64,000 bases of DNA, taken from NCBI RefSeq assembly GCF_009914755.1, contig NC_060926.1; one strand, given 5' to 3'. The translations under genes and the position numbers were made by a program. How positions within the stretch are numbered: position 1 is the first letter of the stretch; every line of letters starts with the position of its first letter. Below, in pieces: positions 1 through 21,957 of this stretch. Under the pieces are notes generated by a model, which was given only the letters and a program-made list of their open reading frames with translations, did no database searches and was not told where the DNA came from. The DNA is from the human T2T-CHM13v2.0 reference genome, Homo sapiens.

Positions 1-477
1 GGGATGGGAAGAAACGGGGCTGAGCTATGGTCAGGGGCCAAGGCCATCTCTCCCAGTATTACCAGGCTCTGACGTGGAACTCTTATGAGTCTGAGAATTC
101 TAAAAATCCTGCCCTTGCAGGTCATCCTTATAAAAGTATGATTGTAAAGTAGCAAGAAGACATTCTATTTAGCAGCTTATTGGCTTGGTCTGTAACTTTT
201 AAATACTCAGATATACGGTAGACACTGAGACATGTGGCTCCCATGTGTATACAACTATTAGATGTGGGCCTGCTTTTTAGCCAAACATATCCCTTATTGA
301 CTTTCTCAGTATGACTCTTCTCCAAATCTTCTCTTTGCTCAGGGCTTACTTCTTAGGTTGTCTCTTATGAATATTCAACTCAGTTCTTTTGTTCATTGGC
401 TTACCAGTTTTTAATTCTTAATTTGTAATCCCTTTTATATCCCAGATATGAGTCCTTTGTCATACATATAGGTATGT

Positions 478-481
<4 letters not shown>

Positions 482-521
<40 letters not shown>
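482..521. repeat. (CA)n microsatellite
   Basis: About 20 CA units. Confidence 0.95.
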
Positions 522-527
<6 letters not shown>

Positions 528-709
528 CCTATTCTATGGCTTTCCTATTTATTCTCTTGATGGTGTCTTTTGATGAATGAGACTTGTTAATTTTAAGACT
601 GACCATTCATATTTTTTTACTTTATTCATAGAGATTTTTGCGTCCTCTTAAGAAATATTTACCTAGTGTAAGATCATAAAGATTTTCTCCTGTTTTCTTC
701 TAAAAGTCC

Positions 710-862
710 TTTTTTTTTAAGATGAGGTCTTGCTCTGTCGCCCAGGCTGGAGTGCAGTGGCACGATCAGAATTCACTGTAGCCTTGAACTTTTGGGCTTA
801 AGCGATCCTAACACCTGACCTCCCAAAGTGCTGGGATTATAGGCATGGGTCACTTTGCCCAC
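710..862 (-). mobile_element. Alu monomer (FLAM/FRAM-like)
   Basis: Single-arm Alu similarity with T-tail. Confidence 0.7.
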
Positions 863-1789
863 CCAGCAAGCTTTATTGCTTTACCTTCCACTTTTAAATG
901 TATTCCATCATAACGCATTTGCAATTGATTTTTGAGTATAGCATGTGATAGGAGTCAAGGTTTATTTAGTTTTCCATATGGATATCCTTGACCCAGCTCC
1001 ATCTGTAAGCCCATCTCTGCCCCTACTCATCTGCAATGTCACCTTTGATATAAATCAGGTTGTTTATAACATACATACAATGCAATTGTGAGTTCCAGGG
1101 CCACCTTTTTGAGGAACTCAAGCGAGGACACTGCTCTTCACAGCTGAGCATCCATTCCTCCTCACCCACAAACAGCCGCCCCTTGGCCACTGCCCAGGCC
1201 TATGGGTGCCTACACCAGCAGTGCCACTGACCCTTGGGACATGGGCCCGGGGAGGAAGCCTGAGCAGGGCCAGGAAATAGGCTTTGATCTCTGGACAGTG
1301 AATTCTGGTTCCCGGATATCTGGCACATCCTAGAAACTGGGAGGGTGACAGTCTCCTGGTGGCCATTAACTCCTTGACCTCACAAACGTCTCATCTGTAG
1401 GGAAGAATGTGGCTAGAGCAGGGCCGGAGTGAGAGCCTCTAAAGTTTTCTTACGTGGGCTTAAGAGTGGTGCTCCTAAAAAGCAAGCCTCAAAATCCTGA
1501 ACTACTCCTCCCTTCATGTCTTTTCTTTGTGTCCTATACTTAGACCCCCAAACAACTTAAAATGGGTTTTCCCTACATGGGTTACATTGGTCTGTTTATT
1601 ACATTGGTTAATTTTTCCCTTCTTATGCTAAAACCATGCTTCCTTAATTGCTACAGCTTTGTACTTACATACTATAACTTTGATAGTCAGGTCTTGATAC
1701 CTGGTAGTGTAAATCCTCCAACTTTCTTAAAGATTACCTTTGCTATTCTTTTTTTTTTTTCTTTTTGAGTCAGAGTTTCTTTTTCTTTT

Positions 1790-2176
<387 letters not shown>

Positions 2177-2179
2177 AGT

Positions 2180-3312
<1,133 letters not shown>

Positions 3313-3664
3313 GGATCTTATTGTTTTTAATACCTTCAGGATCTCTAGTGATGTTTCTTTTTTCATTAAAAAATTTGTTTAAAAATATTTTTAAATCTTC
3401 TTGCATCTGACCTTTTTCATTTTAACTTTGATTGTTCTTCCTTTCATTTGTTGGTCTTGAATGCTTAACAATTTTAAATTTTTTAAAATATATCCCCTTT
3501 GCCTTTGATTTCTTTATTGTACATTTATTTTCTACTTCCTTGATTTCTTCCCTTAGGATTTATTTCCTTTTACTTACTTTGGGTTTTGCTTATTATTCTT
3601 TTTCTAGTTTCATGAGATGGAAGCTTAATTGATTTTCAGTCTTCTTTTAAAAACATACGTACTT

Positions 3665-4064
<400 letters not shown>

Positions 4065-4685
4065 TCAGTTAGAAAATACTTTCTCATATTGTGATTTCTT
4101 CACGGATTCATGGGTTATTTAGCAGTGTACAATATCACTTAATCTCCATGCAACTTAATTCCACTATTGTCAGAAAAGTGTTCAGAATTATTTCAATCTT
4201 TTGAAATTGCTGGAGTTTACTTTATAATCCAGGGTACTGCCAGTTTTGGCAAATTCCTTACATTCTTTGTTCCAATATTGCTGCTGACTGTACGTACTGT
4301 CTCCAGAAGAAGAGGGCACATCCAAATTCTAAGGTCTAAGCTAGGAAGTGATACATATCACCTGCTCACATTCTACTGGCAAGAGTATATTCACATATCC
4401 ACATTTAATGCTTACTGCTAGGGGCTTAATGCTAGGGTGGAGGCAAAGCTGAATTTTCGGAACAGATTCTCCCCCTATAAGACAGCAAGACAGTGGCAAG
4501 CTGTCCCACACAGATAGTGTTCCATCAGATTGGTCTGATTTGGACCAGTTTCCTACGTTTTACCAGTCGCTGTGGCAAAAGGGATAGAGAGTAATCCTGT
4601 TGGACCAAGCCTGGATATTCATTTCCTTTATCAATAACAGACACTGTTAATCCCACAAGAGCCACAAAAAATGGGTTCCAAGGGG

Positions 4686-4968
4686 GTCAGGCGCTGCGGC
4701 TCATGCCTGTAATCCCAGCACTTTGGGAGACCAAGGCGGGCAGATCACTTGAGGTCAGGAGTTGGGAGATCAGTCTGGCCAATATGGTGAAACCCTGTCT
4801 CTACCAAAAATATAAAAAGTAGCCAGGCATAGTGGCCTGTGCCTGTAGTCCCAGCTACTCAGGAGGGTGAGGCAGGAGAATCTCTTGAAACCCGGAGGTG
4901 GAAGTTGCCGTGAGCTGAGATCACGCCATTGCACTCCAGCCTGGGCGACAGTGCAAGACTCCCTAACA

Positions 4969-5014
<46 letters not shown>

Positions 5015-5180
5015 CCAAGGAGGAAAGATGAGTTACCTTACAAAGAAAAGGGAATAAGCTGGGTGTGGTGGCTCACGCCTGTAATCCCAACAGTTTGGGA
5101 GGCTGAGGTGGGAGGATGGCTTGAGTTGAGGAGTTCGAGACCAGCCTGGGCAATATGGTGAGACCCTGTCTCAAAAAAAA
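4686..5180 (+). mobile_element. AluS with (CA)n tail (4970-5011) followed by an Alu monomer (5058-5180)
   Basis: Alu consensus similarity; CA microsatellite in place of the A-tail. Confidence 0.8.
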
Positions 5181-5454
5181 GTGGGGTGGGGAATAAGTAG
5201 TACCGTACAGAACCTACAGCTAAAAGAAACAAAAATGGTGCTCGCTACAAAAAGTGAGAAAAAGGAAAAAGGTAGCTTCTGGATTTGGAAATTCAAAGGT
5301 CACTGGTGTTCCTAATGAGATCCACGGTTGTGGAGTGGCAGAGAGAAGCCACCTGTGGCACAGGAGTCGTCAGTAGGAGTCGCAGGAGGAATTGATGCAG
5401 CATGGTGGGAGTGGACGTCACTTTCAAGGTGATCAGCCGTGAAGAGCGGCAAAC

Positions 5455-5960
5455 ACAGCGTCTTGGCTCGAGTTCCCCCAAACGGTGCCCCCTGGAACAA
5501 GAATTTGAGCACGAGTACAGTAGTTTTTTTGGGAGGTGATCCCAGGAAACATCGGTAGTCAGGGAAAGGAAGGAAGCCAACAGAAGATGCCCTGATGAGC
5601 AAGTTGCAGCTGTGGACAACCGCAGCCGTGGCCTACAGAGGACCACCGCAATACGCCTAGGACACACGCCTCCCCGCAGGGCACGTGCGGAGGGCGAGAG
5701 GGCCAGGGCATTCTCGACCAACTCTATCCCTCGTGGAGGGAGAGCAGCTGGGAAGGAGTGCAAGCACCCAGCACCTCTAAGTCTGCCCCATTTCTGCTCT
5801 GAGCGGGCTCTCCACAGCCAGCGGTTGCCTGCAGGTGGAGCCGGTGCGCAAGACAGGCGAGTGAGCGCCTGGCGGCCCCGTGGAATCTGGGCAACGATGG
5901 GAAGGAGAAGGGCGCTTTTACAATGTGCTCGGGTAGATACCGTGAGCATCGGGGGACAGG
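5455..5960. mobile_element. ERVL-type solo LTR (LTR33/LTR16-like)
   Basis: Motif run ...agaatttgag...tagttttttgggaggtgatcccaggaaac...gagcaagtt...tgtggacaac recalled as typical of this LTR group. Confidence 0.45.
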
Positions 5961-6339
5961 AAGGGGAGAGGCCCCAGGGTGTTCTTTATCTACAGGAGAG
6001 TAAAAGATGCAAGGCGCAGGGCTGATGTGGGTAATTTATGAGGGACTGTAGGAAGTTTGGGGGAGCTCTGATGATCATTGCCTTCTCTTTGTATCTCAAA
6101 TGCAGCAGCACAGTCTTCAGAGTGGGCTATCAGAACCGAAGGGACTTTTAAGAGCCACTCTCCGCCGCTCATAAGGGGAAATCGAGGTCCGGAGAAGGGA
6201 AAGCAAGTGGCTGAATGCCGGTAAAAGGCAGGAAAAGAGCGGAGCCCAGGGCTCCAGGGGGTCGGTTTGGGACCTGCTTCCACCAGCAGAGTCTAAGGTC
6301 ATCCCCTTGGCCGTGCGCCACCCTGGGCTCAGCCGAAGG

Positions 6340-7640
6340 AAGGAGCACTCGACACAAACAAAACCGACGCTCCGGGTCTCCGTAGTCGTTAAGCAAAGAG
6401 GAAGAGGAAGCGCTTCTTCATTAGGCCACAGGACCGGGCCTTAGAACTTTTGGGTTTTATCCATTAAAGGTCCTTTGGCAATAGAAGAAAAACCCAGATC
6501 GAGCCCTGCAAACTGGGATCTTCCGCCGGCACCGCCCCCCGGCTGCGACCCGGGGCTCGGAAAGAACCACCCCAGGCCCGGGCTCCGGTTCCACCGCACA
6601 GTCCGCCCGCTGCGGTAAAGCCGCGCCCACCGCCGCGGGTCTCCAACCCTGCGCCGCCGCCGCCCCCGGGGGAGGGTACGGAAAGGGCGCGGCGCCGCCG
6701 CCCACGGGCTCCTCCAGAGCGCGGCGGGGCCGGGCCGCGCGGAATCACGGGACAGAGGCGGGGCCGCGCCGGCGGGGGCGGGCGTGCGAGCGGCGCTTTC
6801 CTCTCCGGCACCCGGCGGGCGCCCGGGCGCGGCGCCGCCGGCACCCGAGAGGCGCGGTAGCCGGCGCGGGCGGCGGGGGCCGGGCCGCGGCGGGCGCCCG
6901 GGCGGGGTCCGCGCTGAGCCGCCTTCTCGGCCGCCTGGTCCCTGCGGCGGCTGCCCGGCGGCCCGGGCGCGCGGCGCTTCGCCATGTACACCTTCGTGGT
7001 ACGCGATGAGAACAGCAGCGTCTACGCCGAGGTCTCCCGGCTGCTCCTCGCCACCGGCCACTGGAAGAGGCTGCGGCGAGTCAACCCCAGATTCAACCTG
7101 ATGCTGGGAGAGAGGAATCGGCTGCCCTTCGGGAGACTGGGTGAGCCCCTCCCCGATTCCCGTCTGCCCTCCTCGGAGCGGCCCTGCGCGCCTCCCGCGG
7201 CCCGTTAGAACCGGCGCTTTTGTTTTTAAAGGTCATACATTTTCTCCTCTGTCGCTTGTCGGGCACATCAGAAACGGATTCGGAAAGATCGAAACCTGTC
7301 GTTTTTAATGCTTTCTTGTCTCCTAACTTGGATTTAGAGTCGGAGTCGCGGTGCGGCCACTCGGGGCCGCAGCTACCTCCCGACGGTGACCGGTCCCTGC
7401 AGCCCGGGAGACGCTGGCCGCCGGGGCTGGGACCTGAGGCGCGAGTCTAGCGGCTCCCCCGGGCCGAAGCCCCCAGATTTGGCGGGTCCGCCGCGCTGGG
7501 CGCGGCTCCGCAGAGCGGGCGGCTGGAGTCATCTTTTGCAGCTCGTCTGCACTGAGGATTTCTCCCTGCTTGGCGTGGGCGCGGGCGGGGGAGCCGTAGG
7601 TGTTGAAACCCCTGAGGCTTCTGCCCCCCGAAGGCGCGGA
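6340..7640. promoter_or_regulatory. TTL: CpG island / TATA-less promoter of TTL
   Basis: Very GC- and CpG-dense stretch spanning exon 1, with several GC boxes (GGGCGG/CCGCCC). No ATG in the ~200 nt before the start codon. Start context gccATGt. Confidence 0.9.
6984..7140 (+). CDS. TTL: Tubulin--tyrosine ligase, coding exon 1 (157 nt)
   Basis: Translates [52 protein letters not shown], the TTL N-terminus. Donor TGG|gtgagc, phase 1. Confidence 0.98.
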
Positions 7641-8749
7641 GGAGCGATCAGAGGATTTGGAAAAGACCCCCGGATTCCAAAAGCAGGAGCTGCAGAAGAG
7701 ACCCTAGCCCAGGGAAGTGTGGAGGGATGTCTGATTATAAACCTTTCCTTAGTTTCACCAAATAATGTGTTTTCGCAGTTCTGCATTGGATTAAGATCTT
7801 ACACGAGGCTGCGTTCGCCCTCCCTGTCTTCCCTGCTCTCCCCGAGGGAATTACCTTCATCCACATGGTTGAAGCTGGCTGGGCACCACCATACCCACAT
7901 GTCCACGGGTAGGAAAGCGCAGGAGATAGGAGGGGACTAGCGGCTCCTTTGTAAGTGATGTCATCCAGAAGTTGCCCAGATCGGTTCAACTCACATCCTA
8001 TTGACCTGAGCATAGTCTCATGGCCTCCCTCTCTGCACAGTCATCTGGGAATTGCATCTTCTCTCCGGGGAGCCATGTTCCTTGCCAGAATTCACCAGAG
8101 GTGGGGGCCAATTGTATTCCAAAGACAAGGGGAGAATCGATACGGAGGAAGAGTCACCTCTACCTTGGAGGGCAACCCAGAGAGAGCAATGTTCTATGTC
8201 CAGGAGAGAAAACAGTTTTTAGAAATAGGTGTGGTCAGAATTCAAATGGGTAAAAACTGAATACGGGCCATTTGGAATTGACTGGTCATTTATGAGCTTC
8301 CATAGACAGAGCCTTTGGGAGGGGGCTGTGTAAAACTCAAATCGTTGGAGGAATGAAGAGCTGCAGTGTAAAGTTGCTGGATTTTCTTCTTTTGAATAGT
8401 ACCTGGGACAACTTTTCATTGGTATACAAGTTTATGATGTAGAATGGTGACTCCATGGAAGGACCCATTTGAACACCCAGAAATCTTAGAATATGGAGAC
8501 TGTGCCTGGAGGCTCCCTTTGGTTAACCGGTGTCAGGAAGACCCTAGCAAAGAGAATTCATGATCTGAAAGGAGAGGAAGAATTGCTTATAGTTGAGAAC
8601 AATTATTTGTTCCTTGCATTGTCCACTTCCCCTTCCAGACTTCCTGACTTCCCTCTATATTCTTGGCAGTGCCTAGCTGTGAAAGCTTAGGTGGAATCAT
8701 AACATTAAAAACAACAAACATGGCTCCGCCCAGGCAGAGGTAGGAGTGA

Positions 8750-9967
<1,218 letters not shown>

Positions 9968-10555
9968 TAATAAGAGCTGTTGAAAATGAGTTTCCCCATG
10001 GAATGCGGCACAGAAGAAAGCTCTCAGGGCTTCTGATTTTGTAGACATGGCCTCTCCACTACCTTCCTTCACCTAGAAGCTTGCAGAGATAGACTTGCTT
10101 GAGACCAGCATCATTCTAGTTCTCCTTCCTTCCTTGGTATGGAAAGCCAGGTTACGGATGTGGAAAGCGTGACTGTTAAAGTAGCCTTATTGTACAGAGT
10201 GACAAGTCTATATGTGTTAAGCCAGGAGCGGAATGCAGTGTGCAGTCAGGGAGAGGTGAAATGAAAAAATACCCTCAATACCCTCTACCCTAACAAGAAA
10301 AAACAGACAAAGGTAGCAGCAGTTTTGGCAAACCTACGATGTTGATATAATATCCACTGTGGGGAGAATGAAGGTTGCCAGCGGAATACTGAGAGAAAGA
10401 GGGTCCCTGGGGACAGAGAAACAAAATTGTTCCATTTTCCATTTTCTAACAGCCAATCCTGAGATGAGAGAGAGAAAAGCTGGGCATGACACAGCTGTCC
10501 TCTCTCCTGCTTGCTGTGTCCTGTGTCCCTTCTGAGCCTCCTCTTTCCTTCCTAG

Positions 10556-10634
10556 GTCACGAGCCCGGGCTGGTACAGTTGGTGAATTACTACAGGGGTG
10601 CTGACAAACTGTGTCGCAAAGCTTCTTTAGTGAA
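10556..10634 (+). CDS. TTL: TTL exon 2 (79 nt)
   Basis: Polypyrimidine tract + cctag| acceptor; (G)[25 protein letters not shown](K); donor AA|gtaagt. Confidence 0.97.
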
Positions 10635-10814
10635 GTAAGTGTTAAGACCGCTGTTTTCCATTTTTTACCTAAATGAAGCACTTAGGCAAAAATGTGGGGT
10701 TGTTTAAAGGACAAACATACTTTTATTTTAAAAGCCAACAAATATCAGTTCAGAAGCTTCCTCTAAGCCGCTTTGGTTGCGGTCCAAAACATGGTGCTTG
10801 ATAAAGCCTGTCTG

Positions 10815-11230
10815 CCTCTGAGGTGAGGCTCCTAGAAGCAGAGCCTGACTCAGGGTCTCCTGTGTAAGTGATTTCCTGGGGTAGGATTCTTAAGAGACAG
10901 CCATCGGGAAGCAAGGACAGGGCAGGGCAGGGGGAGAACCAAGTAAAGAGGTGGTTTCAGCTGAAGTCTTGCCTCTCCTGACTCCAAGGAGCACCAGAGT
11001 GAATGGCACCTCAGAGTTGTCACATTTTGAGCAAGGACCAGGCCTCTATGCTCCAGTATCAGTCAGCCATTGGCTGTGGGAAGAGATGGAGGGCTTAGCT
11101 TCGCAGGCATTTCTGGGCAGGGGCTGGTCCCCAGAGAAGGGCATATATAGCCCGTAGCATCCTTCTCTCATGGCTGTAAGGGGTCCCTCAGAAAGGATAT
11201 CTGGGCAGGGTATAAGAGCATTCACTGCAC
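10815..11230. mobile_element. ERVL-type LTR remnant
   Basis: cctagaagcagagcctga...gtaagtgattt motif, similar to the LTR16/33/41 group. Confidence 0.4.
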
Positions 11231-11309
11231 TGCCCATCTCTGAGCAGTTGGATTATGGCTAGGTATCACAAAGTGGAAGGAGACGGTGTTAGACAACGAT
11301 TAAGATCTA

Positions 11310-11620
11310 GGGTCAAAAGTGTAAGTGTTCACCCCAGCTCCTTCTCTCACTAGCTTGGGCAGATCTCCTCATCCCTCTAAGCCTCAGTGCCTCCCTCGTA
11401 AGGCTATTATGAGAATTAAATAAGGTGATGCATGTAAAGTTTATATAGCACAGTGGCCTGGTACATAATGAGAATTTGACACTATCTTAATTTTCTTGGC
11501 TGTAAAATGGGGAAATAATAATAACTACCTAAGGTTGTTATGAGGATTAATTGAGCTAATTTAGCTACGGGCTTTGAATTGTGCCCGTCTTGTTGTTCCT
11601 ACTGTATAAGTGAAAGCATT
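11310..11620. mobile_element. MIR fragments
   Basis: MIR core (cctcagt..., tgtaaaatgggg...ataata...tgaggattaa). Confidence 0.6.
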
Positions 11621-13021
11621 CCTTATTATTGCTATTAGTATAGTTGTCATTGCTATTACTGTTGTTTCAGTAGGAAACACTGGGTCGGGCCACTAAAATC
11701 AGGGCTGTCGTGGGCCTCCAGTATTCTTTCTGTGATGACTGGTGAACATGTGTGTGTAGCCAGGTACTGGAAGATATGACTCAATGCAAAATGCTCTTTT
11801 CCCACTAACGTTTCTTTCTGGGCTCTAGATATTTACTAGGTTGGGTGCTCACAGGAACATTTCTGCTTTTTGTTCACTCATTGGCCCTGGTAACTTATGT
11901 ACCCACTCCTCTCTGTGATGGGTTTATCATGATTCATCCCACTCCTGAAGGAGAGTGAGGCTTCCTGAAGTCATTTTGTGACATGTTTGTATATTTAGAA
12001 TGCAAATGACTGTTACATGGAATCAGGAATAGAAGTGGGACATGCTTGTTTATTCAAATTATTCACTTAGAAATTCTTATTAAATATTTATTAAACCTCT
12101 TCTGCTACGATTTTTCCCCTAAAGATAAAGTAGGAAGCAGAGGACTCAGTAAAAAAATAATGGTTTCCATGTTTGTATATTTTGCAGTTATAGTGAAGCA
12201 GAGTGAGTACAGGGCTGGAGTCGTGACCAACTGTGATAAATATCTGTGACCTTGGAGAGCACCACTCAGAATCCCCGTGTCTCATCTGTAAAATGGGGAT
12301 GGATGGTGGTGACAGTACCTGCCCCTTGCCCCTCGGAGGCATGCAGTGTGATCTGTGATAGCACCTTGTAATGGTGACATGACCTATGCAGGCTGGAGGT
12401 TGCATCATCCTCATCAGCTTCCATCTTTGTCTCAGTTGTCCTGTGAGGGGCTTGCAGTAATTCCAGGATATGATGCTTCCCTTTATCCATTTGTCTCTCT
12501 CCCACGATTTTGTATGGCTTGAAAGGGCTCCAGAGAGTTAGAAATAAAGTCTCCTTGATTTTATAGGACAAAGTGGCAGTTCAGAGAGGACAGCCAGGTT
12601 GCCCATGGCCATAGTAGCTCCTGTTAAACCAGGACAGTTTTAATCTGCACAAATGGGACCCCTGGCCATTGTGACTGTGCACCCTTGGGAGGCTTCCCAG
12701 AGCCTTGGTGGGGTTCAGTGCAGGACCCTGTGCAGCCCAGTCCTTCCCCCTGTCACTTCAGGGAGTTTCGGAAATTTCACTGAGGCCTCAAGGCCATAGT
12801 CTTAGAACCCTGAGGGGCTTTTCTTCTCCTGGTACAGATCAGAGGCTATCTTTTCCTCTCCTGAGCATTGCTGTTTTATAGATGTAAATAAATCTCCATT
12901 TCTGATTACTTCCCAAATGGGCCCATGAGGAAATGGGACAAAAGCAAAGGACTTCCTGCAGAGCCTGGTCTTGGTTCTGTGCAGGAAATGAGGGCTTCCA
13001 AACCAAGGTCATCTTACAGAC

Positions 13022-17657
<4,636 letters not shown>

Positions 17658-18781
17658 ATACGGAGTTGAACTTTCAGTGAGTTAAAAATTTATTTATTTT
17701 GTTCCTTCAAGTTCAAGTAGCTTTTCAGTTCTTTCCCTTACGCTTTAAAATAAATTTGTTTTTAATATCTATCTACAATGTCGTTATTTCCACCATTTGT
17801 TCACAGACTGGGTTTTGTAGGTGAATCTTAACATGGACTTGGCATGAACAGTTCTGTTCTAAACAGAAGAGGGAGCACAGCTCAGGGAAGGCCAGTGCAT
17901 GTCTGTGGGCAGGTTCCTCCCTGTCTCTGATTCCTGGGGAGTAAGAGCAGGTTTCCAGTTAAGACTTGGGGGTTTTGTAGTAGCTTGAGCTGTTAAAAAA
18001 AAAAAAAAGACTTGGGAGTTCGGGCCTGCATGTTGGCTGGTCCTCACTACCTTTATGATCTCAGGAAGTTTACTTCTCCATGACCCAGTTCCTAATTTGT
18101 GAAATGTGATGCCAGTGCCTCTAGCTCCAGGGGTCTGATTGCAGAGTAGATGCAGAGGGAAGCCCCTGTGTGCTAAGTGCCTTGCCTGACTTTATCTTCT
18201 GTGGTGTTATGGTATTTGGGGAGCAGGAGGTATATTTCACTATGACCACTGGTGTCCTATGTTCCGTTAGAAAAATACCTTTTTTATTCTGTCACCAAAG
18301 CCAGCCTGAGCTAAAAGCAAGAGCTTTAAAAAGTCTTTAGATAATTCAGATTCCTACGTAGCCTTTTCTCCCATAGAGAGTTGGGCCAGGATAGTCTTTT
18401 TGCTACTTAAATTTTCCTCTCTTCCCCATTTCATTTTTTTAGTATGGGTATGGTTCAACAACATATTTGTTGAAAAGATATCGGCTCAGGATTGTGTCCG
18501 GTTAAGTTTCATTAGAGATGCATTTTAAAAGGAGCATAAGTGTTGGACATTAAGCCTTTTGAATTAATTGGGGTATGCCTTTCAGGTTGCATCTAACAGC
18601 TGTGCGCTCCCCAATAACGCATTTGAGCTTTGTCCAGGGAGACTAAGAGCAAATAGAGATGTTAGAAGACTGAGTCATGCTTTGCCTCCCGGAAAGTCTC
18701 TGGGGGAAAGGAGTGGCCTTTCTGAAGGGAGTGACAAAGTGCACTAAGAAGGGAGGCTGATCCTCTTCTGTCATCTGCCAG

Positions 18782-19014
18782 GCTAATCAAGACAAGCCCT
18801 GAACTGGCTGAGTCCTGCACATGGTTCCCTGAATCTTATGTGATTTATCCAACCAATCTCAAGACTCCAGTTGCTCCAGCACAGAATGGAATTCAGCCAC
18901 CAATCAGTAACTCAAGGACAGATGAAAGAGAATTCTTTCTCGCCTCTTATAACAGAAAGAAAGAGGATGGAGAGGGCAACGTTTGGATTGCAAAGTCATC
19001 AGCCGGTGCCAAAG
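18782..19014 (+). CDS. TTL: TTL exon 3 (233 nt)
   Basis: ccag| acceptor; [23 protein letters not shown]...[12 protein letters not shown] (ATP-grasp WIxK motif); donor AAG|gtgagt. Confidence 0.97.
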
Positions 19015-19149
19015 GTGAGTTGGCACTGCTGTCCCCTTCTCTATTCCTGGTAAGTTGCTATTGTGATGTATTTAGATGAATGACCCTATTTTAATCTGAA
19101 TCATCGAAGGTTGAGACCGTGTCTAGTTACATAGTTATAAATACCCATC

Positions 19150-20080
19150 TATGTACTGATGCCTTCTAAATGTCTATCTCCAGTATGGTCTTTTCCTTTA
19201 AGCTCTAGATCCATTGACACCCTCACCATCTCTAAAAGGCATTTCAAACTGAACACATCTGATACAGAACTTTTCATTTCCTTCCCAACTTTGCCCACGC
19301 CAGCCTGCTCCTCCTTCACGCTTTCCACTTAGTATATGATCCCACTATTCACTCAGTCTCTGAAGCTTAAAACCTAGGATTCATCCTTGACTACTGTATT
19401 CTTTACAATCTACTCCTAATGCATTAGCAATTCTTGCTAGCTCTACCTTCAAAATATATTCTGAATAGACTATTTCTTGCCGTTTCCCCTGCTTCCCCTC
19501 TAAATCAAAACCCCCATTCTTTTTACTGTGTGTAACTGCCGAGCCTGCTCTCAACCAGTTCTCCTTCCAGACAATAATGTTTTCAAAACGTAAATCTAAT
19601 CATGTTACTTCCTACTTAAGACTTACCAGCTGGCTTCCTAATGCAATTAGAATGAACTCCGGATTCCTAATGGTAGCCTGCACCATTTGACATTTGCCCA
19701 TATCTCTGATCTCATCTCCTTCTATCCTCAGCTTTGCTCTCTGCACTGTAGACACAAAGACTGCCTAGTATCTCTCGAATATTCCAAACTTGTCTCTGTA
19801 CCTAGAATGTGCTTACATGGATTGTTTTGTTTCTCTTACCTCAGTTGCTGGCTCCTCAGGGAAGGCTTTTCTAATCTAAAATAGCCTCCGTGTCCATTGC
19901 TTTCTTTCCCTTTCCCCTGCCTCATTTACCTCCTGACATTAACCTTTTCCTGGCACTATACTACTTCTCTGTCCATCTCTCCTATTATTCTGTAGGCTTC
20001 ACACAAACACAGACATTCTGTCTTATTCATCCTTGTACCTTCCTCATAGGCAGTCAACAAATATATGTTGAATGAATGCA
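19150..20080. mobile_element. L2 remnant
   Basis: L2-type 3' end (caacaaatatatgttgaatgaatg) and pyrimidine-rich body. Confidence 0.6.
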
Positions 20081-20204
20081 TGTAAGGGGTAAGGTTTATA
20101 ATGTTAACTCAGGCTGAAAATAGAGGCAGTTCCCAATGTAATGAACACATAAACAATCTCTGTCTATGTTAATGCCCTCATACGCTCTTTATAAAACCAT
20201 TCTG

Positions 20205-20511
<307 letters not shown>

Positions 20512-21129
20512 TCACTTCTTGTATTGCCTTGGAAGACATCTAGCCATTGGTACTCATTTCTGTTCCGGGTCGAAGGGACCTCACCTTCTTTTCCACCAGC
20601 GATGAGACAGGAAGGCCTCAACTGGTATCCCTGAAAGGGGGAGAGTTGGACTCTTGCCACAAGTCAGGTATCTCACCTACTTCTCTCTCCCCTCTTGTGA
20701 CCTTTTCTCAACTACTGCCCCCTAGTGTGGTTCCAATGGTAAATGACGGATTTGGAAGAGGAAATAGACATCCCTTCTCCTGTGGGTTTGGGATTGGAGT
20801 CAGAATGGCCACTGTGAGGACACCTGGTGATCCCTGGACCCTCACTAAGACAAGACTCAGAGGGACACCAAGCAGCAGGGGGAAGTCAAGAGAGAATAAA
20901 ATGCTAAAGACTTTTTGCTTTAAGAGTTGAAGAGATATATATTTGATATATATTTATTATGTTTGGAAACCATAAAATGAAACCAATAGGATGAATGAAT
21001 GGTTTTTATTCTTGTTAAACAAGTATTTATTTGGTACCCACTACATGCTTTGTATAGTTGGCTCAACCTTCAAACTCTACCCATTATGAAGCTACTGTTT
21101 ACCATGTCCACTGCCTATTTCTAATCTAG

Positions 21130-21957
<828 letters not shown>

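Noticed and set aside
5293-6025. 218-aa and 137-aa ORFs upstream of TTL
   Set aside because: They overlap GC-rich LTR-like sequence, have no recognisable homology and start at non-ATG codons.
6441-7101. Long ORFs of 206, 175 and 105 aa over the promoter
   Set aside because: Low-complexity R/P/G/A translations expected from stop-poor CpG-island DNA; no recognisable domain.
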